This document shows positions 31,655-45,195 of a stretch of 64,000 nucleotides of DNA, one piece after another. Under the pieces are notes generated by a model. The model worked only from the letters and a program-made list of their open reading frames with translations, made no database searches and had not been told where the DNA came from. This DNA comes from the human T2T-CHM13v2.0 reference genome, Homo sapiens. The position numbers and the translations under genes were made by a program. The DNA is taken from assembly GCF_009914755.1 (NCBI RefSeq), contig NC_060938.1; one strand, written 5' to 3'. The first letter of the stretch is position 1, and each line of letters starts with the position of its first letter.

Positions 31655-32554
31655 TAAAAATCCAATTAAAAACTGAGTGAAAGACAGTTGATCCGAGAGA
31701 ATGTACAGATGGCAAATAAACACATGAAAAGATATTCAAGTTCTTTAGCCATTAGGGAAGTATAAATTCAAACCACAATGAGCTATCGCTATGCACCTAT
31801 CAGAATGGCTAAAACAAGAAATAGTGACAACATCATAAAAGCAGGCAAACTACATCACTTATATGTTATTACTGGCAGGAATGGACAATGGTACAGCCAC
31901 CCTGGAACACAGTTTGTCAGTTTCTTTAAAAAATACATGCAACTACCATATAACCTTGCAATTGTACTCCTGGGCATCTACCCCACAGAAATAAACACTT
32001 ACATTCACAAATATTCATAGCAGCTTTATTCATAATAGCCCAAAACTGGAAACAGCCCAGATGCACTTTAACAGGTAAATGGTAAGACAAACCATGGTAC
32101 ATCCGTACCGTGAAATATTACTCAGCAATGTAAAGGAACAAACTACTAATACATGAAACAATTTGAATGAGTACTCAGAGAATTATGTTGAGTGAACAAA
32201 GTCAATCTCAACAAGTTACATACTGTATGATTCCATTTATATAACATGCATGAAATGACAAAATTATAGAAATCAATTAGTGATTGACGGTGATTTCCAG
32301 TGGTTAAGAAGAGAGTTGGAATGGGAAGGTTGTGGTTGTAGCTACATAAAAGAGCAAAATAAGAGATGGCTGCAGTGATGGAAATCTTCTGTATTTTGCC
32401 TGCATTAATGTCACAATCCTGGTTGTGACATTGTATGATAGTTTTGCAAGATATATCCATTGGAGAAACAGTGAAGTGTACATAAGATCTCCCTGTCTTA
32501 CAACTGAATGTAAATCGATAATTATTTCAAAATAAAACATTTAATTACAAAAAA
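31655..32554 (+). mobile_element. L1MC/L1MD-type 3' end
   Basis: 'atggcaaataaacacatgaaaagatattc...ccacaatgagctatc', 3'UTR '...caatcctggttgtgacattgtatgatagttttgcaagat...aataaaacatttaatt', and an A tail. Confidence 0.85.
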
Positions 32555-32624
32555 CTTAATTCAGTTATCCTCCCATATTTAGGTGAGATTCTGTGGAGAA
32601 TCACTATATGTTAAATGCTCTTTG

Positions 32625-32730
32625 AAAGAGGGGAAGGAAACAGGAAAGAAGGAGGAGAGAAAAGAAGAGAGGGAGGGAAAAAGGGATGGTTGGGAGGGAT
32701 AGGAAAAATGGAAGAGAAAAAAATAGAAAT
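32625..32730 (+). repeat. GA-rich polypurine low-complexity tract
   Basis: 'gaaagaggggaaggaaacaggaaagaaggaggagagaaaagaagagagggaggg...'. Confidence 0.8.
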
Positions 32731-35700
32731 GGATTTTGCAAAAAATTACCAGATCATTCTTCAAAAAATCTGGGGGAAATGGAGGCAGGAAGAATAGCTA
32801 GGAGTTTCCAATAGGGTTCTAGGAGGTGAAATATGATATATTTGATAACGGAGAAGAAACTGAACCCTTACCAACAAAGAGCATAAACCTACTGAATGTG
32901 AACTCAAGAATTCCTCTTGGCACGAAGTCCCTGGAGTGTCCAAGAAAAATTAATGGCCCACGGGGTATAATTTTGCAAATTTAAAAGTTAAAATGAAATC
33001 TCCCTATCTGTTCCAGCACATGTGTGTCCTTGCAACATGATATTTATGATGTGAATTGGGCTGATTAAATCCATTTTAGGGTTCAGGGATTTGCACAACC
33101 TAAATATCCTGGTTCTCAGGGAATGAAGAGCTTCATATTTCCTTTGCATATTTACTCTTAATGACATCAATAGGAAGCTGTTAGTGATAAGGAGAACTTG
33201 GCTTGGGAGATTGGGGGGTGGGAAATTTAGCTATGCACAGTCGAATGTCAACCTGAATACAGGACTCCTCAGCCATGATTTCATGAAACCTCTTTTATGA
33301 GCCCCCACCTGGGACTTTCATACACAGATGGTATATATCTGAAAGCTTGACATGAGAGGTTTCTCAGAGTTAGTAAACACAGAAGTGATGGATGCTAGAG
33401 ATAGAGTAAACCTCATCATGGAATCTGGAGGAAGGCAACATTCCTGCTGGAGACTAAAAAGGAAATGGCAAATTAACCAGTGAATTAGACTCAATGCTGA
33501 AACCAAAGATCATTACACATGCCAAGCCCAAACTCATAACCAAAACTTACAAAGTAAAACACAATAGGAAAAATTATTATCCTCCTGCAAAGTCAGCTCT
33601 GGTAGACCTTATACAACTTAGTAACCCCCTGAAATAAACAGATCTTGTTTTAAAAGGAGCCAAAGAAAGGTCCAGGCAATATATTATCTTCACTCTGGGC
33701 AACTCCTATTGGACAGGATTTTGCACCTCTCTGTACAGACCTAGCAAATCTTTGGGTGAGGAATCTCCCATGAAGCTGGAATTGTCAGACTGCTTGTTTC
33801 TCTTTATTAATATCAGACTGGAATTACAGTAACAGGCCAAATAATGATGTAAAACCCAAAAGGAAGAATGCTGCTAATTGCCAGATTTGTTATGGAATTA
33901 CCACATTTCTGTTTCAGTGCTAACTTTTGGGAGATGCATTGAATGAAAGCTCGAAAGAAACCATAGATCAACGTCAGTCATTAATATTGAGGTGGAAAAA
34001 ATTCAGAAGGCAAGCCTGTAAGCTTGGGCATTTGATACGTCAACATAGACACCTTTGTGGAGAACAATCAATAGAAACATATTTGCTGCTGAGCACAGTA
34101 ATGAACAAAATTTCTGCATATAAACTTGAAAGTATAATGGATGTATAGATGGCAAAAATCTGGTTCTTCTCTAAAGAATTACGTAAGTCTTTTATTAAGA
34201 TTCATTTCTGTCTTGACCTCCAACCTGTCACTGCTTCCTTTCTGCCTTTCATGTTTTCTCACCTTGATGCAAGTCAAAATACTGTCTTGCTATAGTGCTG
34301 ACATTTTATTTTAGGTAACTGTATAGTTTAACTTTGCTCACCACCATTCTTAACATATGGAAACAATTAATTCATTTTCTTTGCCATCATTAGGATTGCA
34401 AACCTAGGATATTCTACATGTAACCTCATCACAGATTTCCCTTAACTAATTACATAATATCTAACCCATTTTCTTAAAAGTAAAACTTGCTAGTTAAGGA
34501 ATAAAGAAACAGCATTGCTTATAATAAACTCTGCATGTTACAGTGTAATTTAAACTGTACTGTTATGTATGGTGAAGGGCTGAAAGTTTAGAGTTCCTCC
34601 TCTTGGTAAAGGTTTTTTTTTTTTTTTTAAGGGTTGCTTAAATAAGCAGTACAGAAACCAGATGTCATTTGGTAAGAGTATCTGAATGACCAAAAATTTG
34701 CTGTCTGGGTATTTTTTCCTTTATAAAAACAAGAAAAATTCTTTGGATTTATATCATATTTAGCAGCTGTGAAACAGTGCAAACATCTGTTTGTACCTAT
34801 GGGGAGCTGACCCGCGGGGCCCTCATCTCTTAATCACCAAGCATCAAGCCAGTCTCACATGCACAGTTTATTGTTTTCTTTGCCGTTGCCTCCCACACTT
34901 CAAAGTTTTCATACACTCATGTTCTATTGGCAGAATGGAGAAACTAACCCATTCATTATAAGACCAGATGATTAGAATTTTTTGACGCATGATCACAGCA
35001 TTCTCTCCACCAAGCCCATGTCCAGAAACACATTCATATTTGCCTCTAAATTCATTTTGGAGTGTCTACACTTACTCCAAATAATGCAAGATTTATGAGC
35101 CTCAAGCAAGCTTGTAGTAGCACATACACTAGACTGCACAAGACTTACCGTCACCATTTGGGGCCACAACCTTTAAAAGGCCATCTTAAAATAATTTGTC
35201 CCTTTTTAGGTATGAGTACAGACATTATACTACATCTTATTTTGGAGTTTTTCTTTTAGGATTTTGCTACAGTTTTTTTTTTTTTAAGAGCAATAACAAC
35301 AACAACAAAGCCTTTGCCGCACTTGCACATCCAGGGAATATCAGTTTCTAAAGGCCAACATTTTCACTGCACTTTATAAATAGGAAAAGTATGCTGGATT
35401 GGAATTGAAGTTTGCCAGGTCAAATCAGCTGTTTTATTTATGCATTCACATTAAAAAAAAGTCTGCCAAATAAAGCATTCCTGTTGCAAAAAAGGTAAGA
35501 ATCAGCTTCAGTTTCCTATACTTATAAAAACTAGTTAAAACAAGGTCTCATTACAATTACTTCCATTACAAAAAATTATATGTTCTATATATCAATTTTA
35601 TTTATGAAAATGATCCAATCATTAAAATACTCTATTAATAGGGGAATAATGTTATCTGTAACAATTGACTTTTGATCAATGAATGCCTTCAGTCGCCCCT

Positions 35701-36016
35701 ATTTCTATAACAGACATTCTCTACACTACGTGCTATTTGCATTGCACTGTGGAATCAAAGAGGAGGTCATATTATAGCTGTACTCTCACCATATAGAAAC
35801 TACATTTTGTTGGTTTCTCTGTTTTATGCATTCTGACCACCTCCATAGAATGGAGTGAGAGGGGAATGTACCCAACAAATTAAAGCCATAGGAATAGCTA
35901 GGAACTTGAAGCAAGATGCTAAGGTAAAAACCACATGCACAACACCTCCTTTATTATCCTGCTGAGTTCAAAGCACTTCTGTAACTTGATAAGACACTAA
36001 AGAAAAACTAGACCTT

Positions 36017-37590
36017 TATAGTAGAATGATTTATAATCCTTTGGGTATATACCCAGTCATGGGATTGCTGGGTCAAATGGTATTTCTGGTTCTAGATCCT
36101 TGAGGAATCGCCACACTGTCTTACACAATGGTTGAACTAATTTATACTCGCACCAACAGTATAAGAGCGTTCCTATTTCCCCACATCCTCTCCAGGATCT
36201 GTTGTTTCCTGACTTTTTAATGATGGCCATTCTAACTGGCATGAGACGGTATCTCATTGTGGTTTTGATTTGCATTTCTCTAACGAACAGTGATGATGAA
36301 CTATTTTTCGTGTTTATTGGCCACATAAATGTCTGCTTTTGAGAAGTGTCTGTTCATATACTTGGCCCACTTTTTGAAGGGCTTGTTTTTTTTTTTGTAA
36401 GTTTGTTTGAGTTCCTTGTAGATTCTGGATATTAGCTCTTTGTCAGATGGATAGATTGCAAAAATGTTCTCCCACTCTGTAGGTTGCCTGGTCGCTCTGA
36501 TGACAGTTTATTTTGCTGTGCAGAAGCTCTTTAGTTTAATTAGATCCCAATTGTCAATTTTGGCTTTTGTTGCCGTTGCTTTTGGTGTTTTAGTCATGAA
36601 GTCTTTGCCCATGCCTATGTCTTGAATGGTATTGCCTAGGTTTTCTTTTAGGGTTTTTATGGTTTTAGGTCTTACATTTAAGTCTTTAATGCATCTTGAG
36701 TTAATTTTTGTATAAGGTGTAAGGAAGGGGTCCAGTTTCAGTTTTCCGCATATGGCTAGCCAGTTTTCCCAACACCATTTATTAAATAGGTAATCCTTTC
36801 CCCATTGCTTGTGTTTGTCAGGTTTGTCAAAGATCAGATTGTTGTAGATGTGTGGCATTATTTCTGAGGCCGCTGTTCCATTCCATTGGTCTATGTATCT
36901 GTTTTGGTGCCAGTACCATGCTCTTTTGGTTACTGTAGCCTTGTAGTATAGTTTGAAGTCAGGTAGCGTGATGCCTCCAGCTTTGTTCTTTTTGCTTAGG
37001 ATTGTCTTGGCTGTATGGGCTCTTTTTTGGTTCCATATGAAATTTAAAGCAGTTTTTTTCTAATTCTGTGAAGAAAGTCAGTGGTTGCTTGATGGGGATA
37101 GCATTGAATCTATGTATGTTTATTGTGGCACTGTTCACAATAGCAAAGACTTGGAACCAACCCAAATGTCCATCAATGATAGAATGGATTAAGAAAATGT
37201 GGCACATATACACCATGGAATACTATGCAACCATAAAAAAGGATGAGTTTATGTCCTTTGCAGGGACATGGATGAAGCTGGAAACCATCATTCTCAGCAA
37301 ACTAACATAGGAACAGAAAACCAAACACCGAATGTTCTGACTCATAATTGGGAGTTGAACAATGAGAACACATGAACACAGGGAGGGGAACGTCACACAC
37401 TGGGACCTGTCAGTGGTTGGGAGTGCTAGGGGAGGGATAGCATTAGGAGAAATAGCTAATATAGATGATGCGTTGATGAGGGCAGCGAACCACCATGGCA
37501 CGTATATACCTATGTAACAAACCTGTACGTTCTGCACATGTATCCCAGAACTTGAAGTATAATTAAAAAGAAAAAAAAGAGTTCTTAAAG
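36017..37590 (+). mobile_element. 5'-truncated and 5'-inverted L1PA (L1PA7/8-like): 36017-~37112 inverted, ~37113-37580 sense
   Basis: The minus segment encodes ORF2 'RFNAIPIK...PEIPFDPAIP'; the plus segment carries 'MFIVALFTIAKTW', the 3'UTR and an A tail. Shared TSD actagacctt (36007-36016 / 37591-37600). Confidence 0.93.
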
Positions 37591-37659
37591 ACTAGACCTT
37601 GGATTTGTCTCATCTTTATAAGCAGTATGGTCTAATGTACATTTTCTGAATCTGGGAAT

Positions 37660-37845
37660 CATGAAACAAGACTAACACCCAAGATACCAATAATTGTTCC
37701 TGGGTGGGGGAAAAAAGGCTTCATGGTCAATTAAACTTGGGAAACACTCATAGAATGCCCCCTTTTTTGGATAAACACAAAGCCTATTAGCAAATTAAAG
37801 TCCCTATGAACTATTGCAGTAAAGGCATCTTACATAATTATTTGT
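37660..37845. mobile_element. hAT-Charlie DNA transposon relic
   Basis: 'aaaaaaggcttcatggtcaattaaacttgggaaacact...attagcaaattaaagtccctatgaactattgcagtaaag' resembles Charlie-family text. Confidence 0.45.
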
Positions 37846-38016
37846 AAAACATTAGGAAAACTTTTAAGACATAAGAAGATGTAAAGAATGATAAAATAAA
37901 CCCACCTAGCAACTTACAAAAGAAATATTACAAATACAGTTGGCACCTCTGTGTACCCCTCTCTCATCATACCTGTTCCCTCTCTCTGAGGTAACAAAAT
38001 TCTGAATGTTGTATAA

Positions 38017-38363
<347 letters not shown>

Positions 38364-38863
38364 AGGTATACTGTTTTTTACGGTTTTAATTTTACAAAAA
38401 TGGTATCATGCTCTAGGTATTATTTTGATAATTCTTTTGAGGAGAGGAGCTCAACATTATATTTATGAGATTTTAATGTATGTAGCTCGAGTTTATTTTT
38501 ACTGTTGTGTAGTACTTAGTTGTACATATATACCACAATTTATTTATCTAGTCTTCTCTTGAGTATTTAGATTGTTTTTTTTTCAATTACAAATAGTACT
38601 GGTATTGGCATATGTGCAGACAGAATAACCGAATGTCACAGTATAGAGAGGCCAGAACAGATCACTAATGTGTAGAAATTCCACAGATGATGGAGGAGAC
38701 TCCTGAAAGTCTGTGATCAAATGTTGCAGGGGCAATTATTTATCCATATGGGAAAAAAATTAAACTAGATCTTTACCTCACACTATAGCTCCAAATCAGT
38801 TCCAGGTATATTATCATCAGTTCTAGGTATATTGTATATTGACTAAATGTAAAAAGCAAAACA

Positions 38864-39159
38864 GGCCGGGTGTGGTGGCTCACGCCTGTAATCCCAGCAC
38901 TTTGGGAGTCCGAGGCGGGTGAATCACTTGAGGTCAGGAGTTCGAGACCAGCCTGCCCAACATGGTGAAACCCCGTCTCTACTAAAAATACAAAAAATAA
39001 GCTGACCTGGTGGCTGGCGACTGTTATCCCAGCTACTCAGGAGGCTGAGGCAGGAGAATAGCTTGAACCCCAGAGGCGGAAGTTGCAGTGAGCTGAGATC
39101 TCGGCACTGCACTCAAGCCTGGGCGACAAGAGCGAAACTCCATCTCAAAAAACACACAA
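38864..39159 (+). mobile_element. Alu (AluSq-like)
   Basis: Full dimer with 'gacaagagcgaaactcc'. TSD aaaaagcaaaaca (38851-38863 / 39160-39172). Confidence 0.95.
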
Positions 39160-39307
39160 AAAAAGCAAAACATTGAATTTCTAGTAGAAAATATATGACA
39201 CTATATGAGAGTATGGAGGAATTCCTAAAACAAAACACTAAAAGTGTATACTATGAAAAAAGCATTAATAAATTAATCAACCACTCAATTAATAACTTCT
39301 GTTCATC

Positions 39308-39378
39308 AAAAGACACTGTATAAAAGTAAAAAGACACTGTATAAAAGTAAAAAGACACTGTATAAAAGTAAAAAGACA
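39308..39378 (+). repeat. Perfect 21-bp tandem repeat, ~3.4 copies (aaaagacactgtataaaagta)
   Basis: 'gaca' recurs at 39312, 39333, 39354 and 39375 with identical units. Confidence 0.95.
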
Positions 39379-41044
39379 AGGCTCAGAATGAGGAAAGATA
39401 TTTACAAAACACATAACTAATAACGAGTTAAATCAAGAATGTTTTTAAAAAATACTTTAAAATTTAAACCAGGATTGTCTAAATTACTTGACCCTTCCTC
39501 AGAAGAATACTTGTTGACATCTCATTAAAAAATAAAAGATTACGTGAGGCACAATTTAGGAAAAATTTATATTATGGCAAAAGCAACAAACTTGGAAAAG
39601 ACCTTGGTTTAGGTCTCCACCCAGCTCTTTATTCTTCAGCAATGTGACACTAGACAAACAATTTGCTAATCTGAGCCTTGATGTTTCATTTATGATATGG
39701 AAATTAGCTCTATTCTGGGTATACAAAACTAAATATCATGGAAATATGGAAACTCAGCTAACAGTCACAAAGCCACATTAAAATGACCTACAACTCCTTG
39801 CAGTGACCTCTTAGAAATCCTTTAACTTTACAAACAGTAGCAAGAGATACCTTAGGGGTTAGGTAGAAAAAGAATCAATTCTGGGCAAATTTTGTCTGAA
39901 AGATTTTCTATTCTTAGGAAAATTTCTTCTCATGGTACTTATTCAAATTCTCACTACCAAATACTACCATTGTAGATAGCAAAATAAAAAGAACAAAACA
40001 CCCCTGAGGTTGGAACTTAGCTAAACTTTCAAACAAAGTATTGCTGTTTAACTATTTCCTGACATCTACATTTAGGCCACATAGATATGGCCACAATGCT
40101 CATGAGAAATAAGTTGAGAGTAGGAAACATAAGTAAAGGAAGCAAAAATAAATTTATTACGATTTTCAACCTCAAAGTACTCCCAATCAACTGTGCAAAA
40201 GCCATTTCAAATGAAAGACCAATACATTTTTATTCTTGACGATTAACCCCATTATCCATGGAGATGCCATTCTTAACGAGGGTCTACACAGACTTTCTCT
40301 TCTGTCTTGTTGTGAAAAGAGAGATCATCAATACTTATGAGAAAAGCTATTTTGTATGCAAAACAAGGGCAAAATCTTCATTTGCATAACGAGTTACTTC
40401 TTTTTAAAAAATGTAAAGTCTATATTTTACAATATTAAAGCAAAATAGAGAGTATAAAGGAATCACCTGTAGTTCAGATATTGGGGACCAATTAAAGAAT
40501 TACAGTAAGAAACAAGTTTAGGATAAGTATTATAGTTGGCTTATTTTAATTCCACTAAAATTAACTTTGCAACTTCAGTTTCCAGCAATATCACAAACTA
40601 GAAATCTAGAAATGTTTATTGTTTTTAAAAGTGGTGAATAAAATATACCAAACATTTTAGTAGCAAGAAAGTAAGGAAGCTGCAAAGGTTAAAATGAAGT
40701 AAGAATCCTCTAAAGTTATCTACTATTTGTCTAGCTTCTAGAAATATAATAGGAAGAAACAACTTTCAAAGAGATAACAGCGGAGACTTTCCCAGAATTG
40801 TTGAAAGATACCAATTATCAGATTCAGAGATCCCAACAAATCACAAGAAAAAGAGAATTATACTCCTATACATAATGATAGTGATACTTAAAAATACAAA
40901 TGACAAAAAGCTTTCTTCAAACAAGCCAGAGAGAAGACATATTGTATTAGAAGAAATAACAATTAGACTGATAGCTCTTACTTTCAACAACCACAATGTC
41001 ACCAAACAATAGAATGATTCCTCCAATGAGCTTAAAGAAAATGT

Positions 41045-41381
41045 AATTGGACCTCTGTATCTGCAGCTTCCGCATTGGCGGATTCAACCAACCCTGGATG
41101 GAAAATGTAGTTAAGCCTACAATGATTGTAACTGTACTGAACATGTATAGACTTCTCTTTCTTCTAATTATTTCCTAAACAACGCAGTATAACAACCACA
41201 TATCATTTACATTATATCAGCTATTATAAGTAATTCTAGAGATGGTCAAAAGTGTATGGAAGGTTGTGTGTAGGTTATGTGCAAATACTACACCTTTTAT
41301 ATGAGGACTCAACCATCTTCAGATTTGAATATTGGCAGGGAGTCATGGAACGAATGCCCTGTGAATATTGAGGGACAACTG
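41045..41381 (-). mobile_element. MER2/MER2B TcMar-Tigger MITE
   Basis: 'gcggattcaaccaacc...gtaattctagagatg...aggttatgtgcaaatactacaccttttatat...gagggacaactg'. Confidence 0.85.
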
Positions 41382-41627
41382 GAACTCTCAATCCAGAATT
41401 CTAAACCCAATAAATTATCACTTTAAAACACAAGAAAAAACAGGGACTTTCCTCAGATTTACCAAAAACCAAACCAAACAAAAACAGACTTGTTACCTTT
41501 TGCCCTATAGACCTCACTAAAGAAAATTCTAAATTATTTATTTTAGGCAGAAGAAAAATGATGGAAGGTGTGAAATATGACAGAATGGTAAAAACATATA
41601 CTTCTAAATAAGTGGGTAGATCTAAAT

Positions 41628-41839
41628 CTATGATTCTGAACCAAGAGCAATATTCCCCCTTGGAACATCTGACAATATCGGGAGACATTTCTCCTTGTGG
41701 CAACTGGGTGAAGGGTGTGCTGCTGGCATCCGGTGTGGCAGCCAGGCCTACTGCTGAACATTCATGGCATATCAGACAGCTCCACACAACAAACAATTAT
41801 TGCTCAAAATGTCAGTAGTGCTGATGCTGAGAAATGCTG
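41628..41839 (+). mobile_element. MER20 hAT-Charlie MITE
   Basis: MER20 text 'ggagacattt...gctgctggcatc...aattattgctcaaaatgtcagtagtgctgatgctgagaaatgctg'. 8-bp TSD atctaaat (41620-41627 / 41840-41847). Confidence 0.88.
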
Positions 41840-42274
41840 ATCTAAATTAATACTGTGTACACCAATAACAATAATTTGTCTTGTACAGTTAGAACTAAAA
41901 TACCATCCACTAAAACATAAAGTATAAGCAGAAAGGATGGTGATTAAAGTGTTCCAAGGTGTTTGTCTAATTTGGGAGGAGGGAAAATGTACTGATTAAC
42001 TATAGGCTTTGATAAGTTAAGTGATCATATTAAAATATTAAAGACAACTACCAAATAAATACACCTTAGAAATTATGTTCTCTATCCAAGTATAGGGTAA
42101 TATGGAATGAGAACAGATAGAAAAACAATAAAGAAGAAGCAAGAATGGAGAAAGAAAACTAAAAAGGTGGAAAAAATGTAAAGAATATGGCAGAAATAAA
42201 TACGAATATCAGTAATCAAAATAACTATAGATATACTAAAACTCTCCAGTTCAAAGAAAAATCTTCTCAGTCTA

Positions 42275-42472
42275 GAGTGAGGGCAGTGTCATACACTTTT
42301 AAACAACCAGCTCTCATGAGCAGTCATTCACTATCACAAGAACAGCACCAAGGAGATAGTGCTAAACCATTCGTGAGAAACCATCCCTATGATCCAATCA
42401 CCTCCCACCAGTCCCCACCCTCCATCATTGGGTATAACAATTTGGATGGGGACACACATCCAAACCATATCA
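42275..42472 (-). mobile_element. MSTB-like LTR, half deleted
   Basis: 'acacttttaaacaaccagctctcatgag...gatccaatcacctcccacc...caaaccatatca' is present; the other end of the LTR is missing. Confidence 0.8.
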
Positions 42473-43184
42473 TTCCCCAACTCATTGAGTAAGGCAAGTA
42501 CACCTGTAACATCAAAATAGATAAGAATAATACACCAAAGGAATATCACAAGATAATAGTCATAGATAAAAAAATAAAAATTCTAAGCAAAACAGTAGGA
42601 CCCAAATCATTAGTATCCAAATCTGTCAATGTATAAAAAAAAATTTCATGAATAAGTAGAGTTTATCCTAGATAGGCAAAGTTGGTTTAATATTAGAAAA
42701 TCTGATATAATTTACCACATTAATAATTTAAAAGCGTAAAAAACCATGACCAACTCAATAGATGCAGAAAAATTATTTAATAAAATTTAACATACTATTT
42801 TATTTTTATGATTCAAGAAAACAAGAATAGAATAAGATGCTACTAAATGATAAAGGACTTTTGCAAAAAGTAGGTAAAAAAATTATGTACTTAATGGTAA
42901 AATATTAAGAGCTTCAAAACCAATACAAATATATCCATTCTTACCTCATCAATTCAAAGATGCACTGAAAAACCCAGACAAGAAAAAATAAAGAATAAAA
43001 AAGTAAAGATCAGAAAGAAAAAATTCTGGTATTATTGGTAAATGATGTGATTGTCTAATTGAAAAATTCAAAAGAATTTCCATATAAATTATGAGAATTA
43101 ATAAGAAAGTTTATTAGTTTAGTGAGTTTTCTGGATATAAAGTCAAAGTCAATTGCATTTCTATACACCAGCAACAAACTATAC

Positions 43185-43272
43185 AAAATATATATGTATA
43201 TTTGTATATGTATATATGTGTATAGGTATGCATATGTATAGATATAATTTGTAAATATAAAATGTATATATA
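43185..43272. repeat. (TA/TATG)n low-complexity tract
   Basis: 'atatatatgtatatttgtatatgtatatatgtgtataggtatgcatatg'. Confidence 0.75.
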
Positions 43273-44279
43273 ATTTTCTAAAGTGTTGTTCACTACAGCA
43301 ACAAAAAATAACATACCTAGGAATAAATCTTCAAAATGTATATGACTTTTATGAAGTAAATTATAAAATGTTACTGAAATACATTAAATGAGATCTTTAT
43401 AAAAGAGATATCACATTTACAGATAGAAAGACTCAGTAATGAAAAACATGTCAATTTCCCCAGTTGACCTAGAGATTTTGTATAATTTCAGTCGAAATCC
43501 TATAGAACTTTTTTATTGAGTTAATCAAGACAATTTTAAAATAGAGAAACATGAAGAACCAAGAATTGCCAAAACACTCCCGAAGAAACACAAGCTGAAG
43601 AGACTGCATCTACCAGAGAGAAAGACTTTTTATATGGCTATAATAAAAATAATATAATGTTAGTTAAAAGAGAGACAAAAGACCAATGGAACAGATTAGA
43701 GAATCCAGAAATAGAACCATAATAATATAGAGAAATCTGCTTTATGAAAGAGCAGGCAGGGCAAATCAGTGAGGATGAACTCTTTAAGATACAGCACTGG
43801 GACAATTACAGCTCTATATGGAAAAAGATTAGTGAAATTGTATTTTCATCTCACACTATTTACAAAAGTTTATTGAAAGTATTATACAAGGAAAATTATA
43901 AAACTTGAAGAAGACATCGTAGAAGAATAAATGTATGCCTTTGGTTAAGGAAGGATTTCTTAAACAGTATACAAAATGTGCAAGCCATAAGAAAAAAAGA
44001 TTAAGTGAAATTATATGAAAAGAAAGACCTTTGTTCTTTAAAGGATGCCATGATGAAAGTGAAATTACCAGCTACAAATTGGGATAACTTATTTGCCACA
44101 CATATAATGGACTAAGAATGGTAATCAAAATATTGTAAAAACTCCTAAAAATCTATTTTAAAAAATCAAACAATCCAGTAGAAAAATGAGCAAAGAACTT
44201 AGACACTTGGAGGAAGAAAAAACAATGATGACCACTGAATATATAGAAGTATGCCCAACCTCATTTATCACTAACTAGA

Positions 44280-44863
44280 TGTGTTAGATTACGTTGTATC
44301 AACTTAGTTAAGCTGGGAGCTCTTTTTCCCAGAGTCCCTGTCCTTCTACCATATTTGGTTAGAGTTGATAAAACATAGTAATTTGGAAGGTGGATGTGAA
44401 ACAGTGGTTATAACCCTCTGAAGGTCTTAGTGACGAAGAAATGCAAAAGTACCCCACAGGTTATAGTTTAACCAAGAGCTGTGACCAACTCTTCTTCACT
44501 ACTGGCCCAGTAGTCAATGGCCCAGGCCCCTCAACCAAATGTTTGGCTGTGGAGCCACCAGCCAGTTTCTGCACAAAAGCAAGAGCTTCCTCTGCACCTC
44601 TTCACAAACTTCCTCTTTATGGTCCTACTTTCTCAGCAGGATGTGCTTTATTTATCAATCACCCTGCAAGCTTTGACTTGCCCCCCATGCCAGTGCTGCG
44701 GGAAGCTGCTTAGGGACTAGCCATCTCTGACCCCTCAACCCCTTGTAGTCTTTCACCTCCCTGGTTCCTCCCACATTCATGTGAGCTCTAATTGCAATGA
44801 TAAATTCTTTATCTTGTAATAGTTATCACGACTGTGCTTCCCCAACTGGACTCTGATTGATAC
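44280..44863 (+). mobile_element. ERVL solo LTR (LTR41/LTR33 group)
   Basis: Starts 'tgtgttag..caacttagttaagctgggagctc..cccagag' and ends 'ctggactctgattgataca' (TG...CA). Confidence 0.65.
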
Positions 44864-44889
44864 ATCAAACAAAACACAACAGTGCTATT

Positions 44890-45195
44890 GGTATGACTTC
44901 TTTCACCTCCTTCTGGTCTTTGTTCAAATGCCCACCTGACCACTCTATTGAAGTTCAGTCCCACCCCAGCACCAGCACTACCTAGTCCCGCTCTGTTTTA
45001 ATTTTCTCTTTAGTACTTACCAGATACTAAAATACTAAATAACTTTCATATATATTTTATTTGCTGTGTGTATTCTCCACTAGAATGTAAGTTCTATGAG
45101 GGCAAGGGCTTTAGATTTTGTTTTGTTTTTGTTTATTTTGTCTGTTTTATTCACTGATATGTCTCTATCAGGCACTTAATGAATGTTTGTTAGGT
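44890..45195 (+). mobile_element. L2a 3' end
   Basis: 'ctccactagaatgtaagttctatgagggcaaggg...ttttattcactgatatgtct...aggcacttaatgaatgtttgtt'. Confidence 0.78.

Noticed and set aside
32407-32432. 10-bp perfect hairpin aatgtcacaa/ttgtgacatt
   Set aside because: Lies inside an L1M 3'UTR and is probably inherited from the element consensus.
39308-39378. CRISPR-like direct repeats
   Set aside because: Head-to-tail units without spacers, in mammalian DNA.
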